A stretch of DNA of 64,000 nucleotides from an uncultured Poribacteria bacterium. GTDB lineage: Bacteria; Poribacteria; WGA-4E; WGA-3G. The DNA is taken from contig CATQHZ020000001.1 in assembly GCA_958296135.2 (NCBI GenBank), positions 2,848,001-2,912,000 on the forward strand. The letters run 5' to 3'. This document shows positions 56,836 to 64,000 of this stretch, in pieces. Position 1 is the stretch's first letter. Every line of letters begins with the position of its first letter. The position numbers were made by a program, and so were the translations under genes. The notes under the pieces are model-generated. The model had not been told where the DNA came from and searched no databases. It worked only from the letters and a program-made list of their open reading frames with translations.

Positions 56836-58725
56836 TTACGGTTCTGGTTTGCGTGGATTTAACCCTGTTTCATTTTTCTGTTCTGTTCGCTGCAGACAGG
56901 GAAGCGTGATGTCAAATGCTGTGCCGATGGCAAGGCTGGCATCTACGTCAATGCTTCCATCGTGCTCCTCAAGAATTTTTCGGCTGATGTAGAGCCCGAG
57001 CCCTGTGCCCTTCTGTTTTGTCGTATAGAAGGGATGGAAGAGATGCTGCACCTCATCGGGGGCGATGCCGGGGCCGGTATCCTGAATCCGGAGAAGCACC
57101 GTTTCCTCTGCCTGCCGATATTCTGTCTGAATTTTCAAGGTGCCGCCTGTTTGCATCGCTTCTCTAGCGTTGTAAAAGAGATTCAGGAGGACCTGGGTGA
57201 TTCCCTCTGGGTTCACATTGATTTCGGGGTATGGGGTATCTCCATATTCTGTCACCACGTGAATGCTCTGCCGTTCTAATTCGGCTCGGCAGATGGAGAG
57301 GCTGGCCTCAAGCAATTCGTGGATATCACTGCGTTTGGCGAATTCCATCGCTGGTTTGCTGAAGGCGAGCAGCTGCTCAATGAAGCGGTTCAGCCGGTCT
57401 ACTTCTTTGATGATAATCTCTGTCCATTCGTGGACTTCCTCTTGTGAATCGGCGGCATCGCGAGGGACAGGCCCTCGCGCTACGGAGCCAGGAGCGGCGG
57501 CAGCATCGCGAGGGACAGGCCCTCGCGCTACGGAGCCAGGAGCTGCAGCGGCATCGTGAGGGACAGGCCCTCGCGCTACGGAGCCAGGAGCGGCGGCAGC
57601 ATCGCGAGGGACAGGCCCTCGCGCTACGGAGCCAGGAGCGGCGGCGGCATCGTGAGGGACAGGCCCTCGCGCTACGGAGCCAGGAGCGGCGGCGGCATCG
57701 CGAGGGACAGGCCCTCGCGCTACGGAGCCAGGAGCGGCGGATGTCGGTGGCCTGGCTGCGGTGTGTTGGAGAAGTTGCGTTCCCAACCGAATGCTGCTGA
57801 GCGGGTTCCGCACCTCGTGCGCTATTGTTCTCACCAACCGTCCTAGCGTCGCTAGACGTTCGGATTCGACAAGTGCGTCAATTGTCTGCTGAATTTTCAC
57901 CCGTTGCGCGATGATGGAGGCGATAATTGTCAACAACCGCCTGTCATCATCTGCGGAAAATTCGTCGGATGCCTTGTCAATCGTCAACGTGCCGACGACA
58001 TGCTCTTCAACGATGACGGGGATGCACCAGAAGGCGATGGCATCTTTGGATGCTACGTTCTCGGGTTCAAAGAGTTTGACGTAACTTCGGGGGAGCCGCG
58101 TTTGCGGCACCCCGATGGCTTTGCCGGAGGCAAGCACCCGTTTCTGAATATCCTCCATCTGTCCATCGGTGCCGCGTTTCATTTCAGCGGGGGTAAGTCC
58201 TAAAACGACTTCGGCAGATGCTGTCACCTTTCCATCTTGATAGAGATGCAAGGCACCGCGATAGATGCCGAGACGATTCGAGAGAATTTCGATAATCTGC
58301 TGAAAGAGTTCCTCCAATTCGAGGTTCGCGTTCGCCGTTTGGCTCACCTCAAAAAGGGTAGACAAATCCCGCACCCGTTTCTCTAAATAGGCGTTCGCGC
58401 TGTTTATTTCTGTTAGCTGTTCCCCGCGAATCCCTTGTTCCGTTCGGAGCTGCCGAATGACGTGCATCATCCCCAAGACGAGGACCGGATAGAGGAACAA
58501 GACGAGAATGCTTGCCATTTCGGTTGGATAGCGAGCCACATACACCAAATTTGCCATCGTTGTCAGTGCGAGCAATCCTCTTTGGCCGCGTTGGCTGGCG
58601 TAGATAACGGCGAGAATCATCGTGCCGTAGTAAGCATGGCTCACGGCGTGATAGTAGTGCGGCACCTCGAACAGATGCACTAACAGGTTGGCGATGAGCA
58701 CGAGAAATGTCAGGAAAATTGCCAT
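56836..58725 (-). CDS. Membrane sensor histidine kinase (TM-GAF-HisKA-HATPase)
   Basis: IAHEVRNPL, NLFYNA, DTGPGI, FYTTK and GTGLGL motifs. Confidence 0.92.
   Translation of the reverse strand: MAIFLTFLVLIANLLVHLFEVPHYYHAVSHAYYGTMILAVIYASQRGQRGLLALTTMANLVYVARYPTEMASILVLFLYPVLVLGMMHVIRQLRTEQGIRGEQLTEINSANAYLEKRVRDLSTLFEVSQTANANLELEELFQQIIEILSNRLGIYRGALHLYQDGKVTASAEVVLGLTPAEMKRGTDGQMEDIQKRVLASGKAIGVPQTRLPRSYVKLFEPENVASKDAIAFWCIPVIVEEHVVGTLTIDKASDEFSADDDRRLLTIIASIIAQRVKIQQTIDALVESERLATLGRLVRTIAHEVRNPLSSIRLGTQLLQHTAARPPTSAAPGSVARGPVPRDAAAAPGSVARGPVPHDAAAAPGSVARGPVPRDAAAAPGSVARGPVPHDAAAAPGSVARGPVPRDAAAAPGSVARGPVPRDAADSQEEVHEWTEIIIKEVDRLNRFIEQLLAFSKPAMEFAKRSDIHELLEASLSICRAELERQSIHVVTEYGDTPYPEINVNPEGITQVLLNLFYNAREAMQTGGTLKIQTEYRQAEETVLLRIQDTGPGIAPDEVQHLFHPFYTTKQKGTGLGLYISRKILEEHDGSIDVDASLAIGTAFDITLPCLQRTEQKNETGLNPRKPEP
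57452..57740 (-). repeat. 6 x 48-bp REP tandem array in frame within the kinase DHp domain
   Basis: Encodes AAAAPGSVARGPVP(R/H)D six times. Confidence 0.95.
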
Positions 58726-58818
58726 TTTTTGTCGTTCGCAATGCGATGTTTGGGCGGATCTGGCGCGTTGACTTCCGTCTACCGGGCCGTCTTGACGTTA
58801 AATAGTCCTTTCTGACTG

Positions 58819-59499
58819 TCACATTGTGACGAAGTTACGGAGCATTTTGAGTCCGACGCGTCCGCTTTTCTCCAAGTGAAATTGGGTTGCGATGAGATTC
58901 TCGTGCGCAATCGCGCTGCAAAATTCGAGCCCATACGTCGTCTTTCCGATGACTCCCGCCGGTGTTTCCGGCACAGGGTAATAGGAATTGACGAAGTAGA
59001 AGTGCGCTGGGTTCGGGATACCTTCAAAAATTGGGTGCGGTTGCACCTGATGCACCTCGTTCCATCCGATTTGCGGCACTTTTCGTCTTTCGCTAGGCGT
59101 GCGGCTGGCTGTGCTTGTGCCACGGGCCCCTTCTTGCCAAGCTGCATTGGCGTTGTCGATGCTTGCATTTCTGGTTGGAAACTTTTTGACGTGTCCCGGC
59201 AAAAAACCGAGGCATTCGGTGTCCTCTTCGTCACTGTGCTTGAAGAGAATCTGGATGCCGATGCAGATGCCGAGCATCGGTGTGCCGCGCCGGTAAACCT
59301 CCCCTAAGACTTCGTCAAGGCCCCGTTGCTGAAGTGTCTCCATTGTCGCTTTGGCGGCCCCGACACCGGGGAAAATCACGCGTTCTGCCGCCAAAATAGT
59401 TTCAGGCGCGGCAGTGATTTCGTTTTCGTAATTGAGGTGTGTTAACGCGCGGGCGACACTGGTAAGGTTGCCCGCGTCGTAGTCTATAATCGCAACCAT
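58819..59499 (-). CDS. hisH: Imidazole glycerol phosphate synthase subunit HisH
   Basis: IDYDAGNL, FPGVG, GICIG, VPQIGWN and QFHLEKS motifs; ~30-aa insertion before KVPQIGW. Confidence 0.95.
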   Translation of the reverse strand: MVAIIDYDAGNLTSVARALTHLNYENEITAAPETILAAERVIFPGVGAAKATMETLQQRGLDEVLGEVYRRGTPMLGICIGIQILFKHSDEEDTECLGFLPGHVKKFPTRNASIDNANAAWQEGARGTSTASRTPSERRKVPQIGWNEVHQVQPHPIFEGIPNPAHFYFVNSYYPVPETPAGVIGKTTYGLEFCSAIAHENLIATQFHLEKSGRVGLKMLRNFVTM

Positions 59500-59503
59500 G
59501 TTT

Positions 59504-59977
59504 TTAGATGTTTTCCATTGCTTTATAGAGATTGGCCATTTCAATGCCGGCGACGGCGGCTTCAAATCCTTTGTTTCCCGCTTTGATACCGGCGCGTTCA
59601 AGGGCCTGCTCTATCGTGTCAGTGGTAATCACGCCGTAGATGACAGGCGTGTCGGTTTGCATCGCGATGTTTGCGATGCCTTTGGCACTTTCGCTGGCGA
59701 CGTAATCGAAATGCGGTGTTGCGCCGCGGATGACTGCGCCGATGCAAATGACGGCATCGTATCGGCGGCTTTCGGCGAGGCGTTTGGCGGCCCCGGGAAT
59801 TTCAAAGGCACCGGGTGTCCAACACACGTCGACAGCGTCAAGGTTTACGCCGTGGCGTTTCAGTGCATCGAGTGCGCCGGCGAGGAGTTTTTCGGTGACA
59901 AAGTTGTTGAATCGGCTCACGGCGATGCCCAATTTGAGGCCGTCGCCGTTGAGGTTTCCTTCGTAAACAGTGGGCAT
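59504..59977 (-). CDS. ribH: 6,7-dimethyl-8-ribityllumazine synthase
   Basis: [22 protein letters not shown] and GNKG motifs. Confidence 0.97.
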   Translation of the reverse strand: MPTVYEGNLNGDGLKLGIAVSRFNNFVTEKLLAGALDALKRHGVNLDAVDVCWTPGAFEIPGAAKRLAESRRYDAVICIGAVIRGATPHFDYVASESAKGIANIAMQTDTPVIYGVITTDTIEQALERAGIKAGNKGFEAAVAGIEMANLYKAMENI

Positions 59978-60076
59978 AGTTATGTGATGCTCCTGAGGCT
60001 GAGGGTTAGCAATTTTTGAGCCCGTGATTGCGGTTCGGACTGAAGCAACAAGACGGCTAAATAGTCTCGCGCTTAT

Positions 60077-60676
60077 CTATTTCTCATCCCGACCGGCTTT
60101 GCGTAAAGCCGAGGCGAGCTCTTCAAGTTGACGCGCAACCTCTCCGATATCAACGGCTATCCCTTGGAGGATAAGACGATAACAGAGGTCTTCCCAATTT
60201 TGGTACTGCTTCCACGCGAATTTACAGATTGAGAGCCGAATGTCAAAGCCAAGGGGAAGTAATAACGGCTGGATTCTATCAAAACGGACACCCGCTGAAA
60301 CGCTCAGAGCGTCTCGGATTGACTTCTCCTGATTCAGGACGAGATTGACAATATTTTGACATTCTTTTCCTGTCAGATCTTCCTCCTCTATAATCGCGAG
60401 GGCCAAAACCCACTGATCTTCTTCGCTTGTGAGTCTGGAGATTTGATAGCCTTGCTCCACGCCAATTTGCCCCTCATCAATTTTCCACCGAATGCCTTCC
60501 GGAAGTTGAAAAAGGCGATGCCGCGTATTCCAGAACTTGGCTGACATCCCGAATTGCTGTGCGATGGTTACGTAGGAACCATAATCCCGGTATAAGACAT
60601 CTACAGCTTCCCCAATTTCAGAGTGCATTTTCCCTTCCGGGGCAGAGAGATGTTTTCGTGCAGATGCAGCATTCAT
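60077..60676 (-). CDS. Hypothetical DNA-binding protein resembling the HTH/C-terminal half of ParB
   Basis: IAQQFGMS...LFQLPEGIRWKIDEGQI; ATG 60676 lies 2 nt after the upstream stop. Confidence 0.6.
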   Translation of the reverse strand: MNAASARKHLSAPEGKMHSEIGEAVDVLYRDYGSYVTIAQQFGMSAKFWNTRHRLFQLPEGIRWKIDEGQIGVEQGYQISRLTSEEDQWVLALAIIEEEDLTGKECQNIVNLVLNQEKSIRDALSVSAGVRFDRIQPLLLPLGFDIRLSICKFAWKQYQNWEDLCYRLILQGIAVDIGEVARQLEELASALRKAGRDEK

Positions 60677-60678
60677 TG

Positions 60679-61536
60679 CTACCTTGATTCCCTCCTGAGT
60701 GTTTCTGCCACCATGTGACCGATTATGGCCTGTTCGTCGTCTAGGCCTCTCTCTTCGCCCCATTGTAACAAGTCGTCATACAGTTCGGCAGGAATTGCGT
60801 ACTGGACAACGCGTCTGGAGTCTCCCCTCCTGCGCGTTACATTGGCATTCAGGGCGGCGATAGAGACACTATGCCCTAGTTGTTCTAGTGCCTTAACAGC
60901 ATGTTTCCGCGTGTCTCTATCAAGTCCAAGAATCCAGGATGCTCGCTCCCTCATGGAGTCTTGTGACTGGCTGACACGCGCTCCATCGTAAGTATTTCTC
61001 ACAATTTTGGCTGCAGTCTGTGAGGGAAGGATGCCTTTATCTACCATTTGCTTAAGGTCATCGGGCAATGCGGATAGGGCATAATACCTCATAACGGTTG
61101 GGACTGTGACACCAAGGTAGGCCGCGGCAAGTTCAAGTGCTTCCTGCGCCGTATACCCATCGCCGTTGTACCGCTTGTAAATCCGCTCTACCCAGTACGC
61201 CCGGTCGCTATAGGTCAAATCCCCGCGCACCTCGTTTTCAAGCCATGAACGTTGAATGGCTTGATCGTCGTTGAGGTCAATGACGAACGCGGGAATTTCT
61301 TCCAAGCCGAGCGATAAACACGCCTTTAACCTGCATTGCCCGGTGACATTCTGATAGTCGTACCGGGAATCGGAATCGGGGTGGGGCCGAACGATAATCG
61401 GTTGATCTGGCCAATAACCGTGTTGCCGGATAGAGGCTTTGACTTTCTCAACGTTCTCTTCCACACCTTGCCGACGCACGTTGATAGTGCTATTCGGATC
61501 AATGCGGCGGAGATCAAGTGTTTGGACTGTATTCAA
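60679..61536 (-). CDS. ParB/RepB/Spo0J family protein
   Basis: SIRQHG...QPIIVRP...GQCRLKA...ENEVRGDL and HTH LAAAYLGVTVPTV; probable TTG start at 61536 after AGGAG. Confidence 0.8.
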   Translation of the reverse strand: MNTVQTLDLRRIDPNSTINVRRQGVEENVEKVKASIRQHGYWPDQPIIVRPHPDSDSRYDYQNVTGQCRLKACLSLGLEEIPAFVIDLNDDQAIQRSWLENEVRGDLTYSDRAYWVERIYKRYNGDGYTAQEALELAAAYLGVTVPTVMRYYALSALPDDLKQMVDKGILPSQTAAKIVRNTYDGARVSQSQDSMRERASWILGLDRDTRKHAVKALEQLGHSVSIAALNANVTRRRGDSRRVVQYAIPAELYDDLLQWGEERGLDDEQAIIGHMVAETLRRESR

Positions 61537-61841
61537 TTTTGTTCTCCTATTATGAGCGTAAGTAAGATGCTGCACCGTTTGCCTATGCGTCTGCAGGGAA
61601 TTCTCCATCGCGGAGATGTTTATCAAAGCGTTGAGGCGACATAGGCATATATTCGCATTTTTCAGTTTATTCGTCAAGAAAAATTTTCTGAACCCAGAGA
61701 CATTGGGTTTTTGATTCCCACATCGAGAATCCTCTACTATAGAACCTACATCCCGATCATCGTCGTAGAGCGAGATTGGCGGGTGCTGCTGCGTTTGAGA
61801 TTAGGCGATCTCAAACTACAGAAACAGAAGTTCATTGGGTA

Positions 61842-63068
61842 TTACTCCTCGTGTAAGAGGAGGTGCCCCAATTTCGTGCGCTTCGCCTGGAGATAGGCGC
61901 GGTTAAAGGGATTCGGGCTCGTCTGCAAGGGGACGCGCTCCACAATTTCTAACCCGTAGCCGCTCAACCCCTTTACTTTTTGTGGGTTGTTTGTTAACAA
62001 GCGCATTTTTTTCACGCCGAGTGCTGCAAGGATTTGCGCGCCGATGCCGTAATCGCGAAGATCTGGTGGGAAACCGAGGCGTTCGTTCGCCTCGACGGTA
62101 TCCAACCCTTCGTTATCTTGTAATTGATAGGCGCGGAGTTTCTCCTTGAGCCCCATGCCTCTTCCCTCTTGCCGCATATAGAGGAGGATGCCTCTGCCTT
62201 CTTTCCCAATCATCTCTAATGCCAGTTGGAGTTGTTCGCCGCAGTCGCATCGGAGTGAGCCGAACACGTCGCCGGTAAGGCATTGCGAATGCACGCGTAC
62301 TAACACTGGCGCGGCATCGGCAACGTCCCCTTTCGTCAGTGCGATGTGCGTCCTGGGCATATCCGTGCTACCTTCGGCGATGTCACTACTTTCGTAAGCG
62401 TGGAGTTTGAAGTGTCCGTGCGCCGTGGGGATGTCTGCCGTCGCGATGCGCTTGACAAGCGTCTCCGTGCGCAGCCGATACGCAATCAGATCGGCGATAG
62501 TGATAATTTTCAGTTGATGCTTTTCGGCGAACTGCATGAGTTCTGGGACGCGTGCCATGGAGCCGTCATCATTCAGCACTTCGCAGAGTACCCCTGCGGG
62601 ATAGAGCCCGGCGAGTTGGGCCAGATCGACGGTGGCTTCGGTATGTCCGGCGCGTCGGAGAACGCCGCCCGGTTTCGCCTCCAATGGGAAGATGTGTCCG
62701 GGCCGCACAAAATCGGAGGGGACAGCCGTTTTCTCGACGAATTTTCGGATGGTATAGGCGCGCTCCTGCGCGGAAATGCCGGTTGACACTTCCTTCGCGT
62801 CAATCGTCACCGTAAACGCCGTTTGCATCTGAGCGGTATTGTCCATCACCATTGGTTGGAGTTCCAACTCAGCGAGGCGTTCGGAACACGTTGGGAGGCA
62901 GATGAGCCCTCGGCCGTATGTCGCCATGAAGTTGATGGATTCGGCGGAGACTTTTTCGGCGGCCATCACCAGGTCGCCTTCGTTCTCCCGGTCTGGTTCA
63001 TCAACGACGATAATGATTTCGCCATTCTCGATGGCAACTATGGCTTCTGGAATTGTGCTAAATGTCAT
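61842..63068 (-). CDS. ribBA: Bifunctional DHBP synthase/GTP cyclohydrolase II
   Basis: [25 protein letters not shown] and RCDCG motifs. Confidence 0.97.
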   Translation of the reverse strand: MTFSTIPEAIVAIENGEIIIVVDEPDRENEGDLVMAAEKVSAESINFMATYGRGLICLPTCSERLAELELQPMVMDNTAQMQTAFTVTIDAKEVSTGISAQERAYTIRKFVEKTAVPSDFVRPGHIFPLEAKPGGVLRRAGHTEATVDLAQLAGLYPAGVLCEVLNDDGSMARVPELMQFAEKHQLKIITIADLIAYRLRTETLVKRIATADIPTAHGHFKLHAYESSDIAEGSTDMPRTHIALTKGDVADAAPVLVRVHSQCLTGDVFGSLRCDCGEQLQLALEMIGKEGRGILLYMRQEGRGMGLKEKLRAYQLQDNEGLDTVEANERLGFPPDLRDYGIGAQILAALGVKKMRLLTNNPQKVKGLSGYGLEIVERVPLQTSPNPFNRAYLQAKRTKLGHLLLHEE

Positions 63069-63257
63069 TTTTTGTTATTCGCAATGCGTGCTGTTTTGCT
63101 GATGCGTTTGACTTGCCAGGGCGCGTCGACATTGTCGATGCTTGCATTTCTGCGCGTCTCATCGCGTTTGATGAGAGCGGTTTCTGATGAATTCCACAGC
63201 CGGGTGTGGATTGCTGGACGTTTCTCTGCGCGCTTGCACCGCTCTGTGGGACCTATG

Positions 63258-63672
63258 CGTTTCTGCCTTAATCTGACACAATCTACCAGAGGCATCAGCT
63301 GCCGCACTTCCTGCTTCTGCGCTCACAGCCTCCGAGTCACACCGAGGTGTGCCTACAGCGAGGTCTTACACGAACTCCACAGGCGTTTTACGCGTCACCA
63401 GAGCTGTGTGCCGCGTGTCGTAACTTTGGTTTCGTTGTCGTCTCAGGTATTGCAGCGAGTCATTGGTCTCGCATCGGTCTTACCGTCACCTCCACCGTCA
63501 GTGGTGCCGCCGCACCGCCAACTTTTAGTCCGCTTTTCACGGGGGGTAGGATTGCCTAACGTGCCTCTTGATACCGTGCAGGAGGAACGCTCATCACGCT
63601 CCGTCACCATCCTCTCTAACCTGTGAGATAAGACGACATTACGTCAGATTCTGTTAGATTTTTCGCCACTGC
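63258..63672 (-). mobile_element. Non-autonomous IS607-like element with a TnpB omega-RNA-like 3' scaffold and no ORF
   Basis: Paired AATCT(A/G)AC-like motifs 10 bp apart at both ends, in inverted orientation; minus-strand AACGCCTGTGGAG...GTAAGACC...GAAGCAGGAA. Confidence 0.6.
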
Positions 63673-63684
63673 ACCGAGCCCTTT

Positions 63685-64000
63685 TTAATGAAATCCATGC
63701 CGTGCTAAGAATGCCATGTCAATAGCGGCGGTCTCAGTGGCCGTGTGTTTTAAGAGCAGTGTCTCAACATAACGGGCAAGGAGATCTACCTCAATATTGA
63801 CATGTGCACCGTTCCGTTTTGTTCCGAGTGTCGTCACGTGCTTTGTATGCGGAATCAGTGCGACTTCAACCGCATCGGCGGCGACGTTAGAGATGGTTAA
63901 GCTGACACCGTCTATAGCGATGGAGCCTTTGTATGCAACGTAGCGTATCGCCTTTTCGGAGAGGCTTACCTGCATGCAGGAGGAGGTGCCTTCATCCTTC
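63685..64000 (-). CDS. ribE: Riboflavin synthase alpha subunit, C-terminal part (start outside the window)
   Basis: KGSIAIDGVSLT, LIPHT and VNIEVDLLARY motifs. Confidence 0.93.
   Translation of the reverse strand, partial: KDEGTSSCMQVSLSEKAIRYVAYKGSIAIDGVSLTISNVAADAVEVALIPHTKHVTTLGTKRNGAHVNIEVDLLARYVETLLLKHTATETAAIDMAFLARHGFH

Noticed and set aside
63440-63640. Group I intron call
   Set aside because: Only weak resemblance (GGCAATCC, GACTAAA); no identifiable P7 partner, so it is kept only as a hypothesis to test.
63069-63684. FMN riboswitch expected near rib genes
   Set aside because: No RFN hallmarks (AGGGCGGGGTGAAATTCCC, GGATGGGAGA) are visible; the region is better explained by the IS607-like element and the sense-oriented repeat.

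Overview
Bacterial chromosomal window with moderately high GC. It is probably Candidatus Poribacteria or a relative; this is an inference from the WD40 expansions, EutN/CcmL vertex paralogs, C25 peptidase and AAA+nuclease gene. Housekeeping blocks are queE; selD-pyrE-ymdB; xseA-xseB-dxs-tlyA-tamB-tamA/bamA; a nucleoside ABC transporter; ndk; and ribE-ribBA-ribH-hisH followed by a two-component system. Accessory elements are a type II Zorya operon (zorA-zorB-zorE) between duplicated thermonuclease genes, a solo CARF-HEPN effector, an AAA-PD-(D/E)XK gene and a ParB-like gene pair inside the rib operon. selD has an in-frame UGA read as selenocysteine, which the ORF track missed. The most striking signals are non-coding or repeat-derived. 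(1) GTAG-type REP palindromes form intergenic arrays and are also inserted in frame in many proteins, including 48-bp tandem arrays. (2) A second, diverged ~80-100 bp element is sense-oriented wherever it touches a gene, either ending at a start codon or translated as a ~25-30 aa loop. (3) A ~415-bp protein-free IS607-like element in the rib operon keeps a TnpB omega-RNA-like scaffold. (4) A consensus promoter points into a structured ORF-free region next to the Zorya island.
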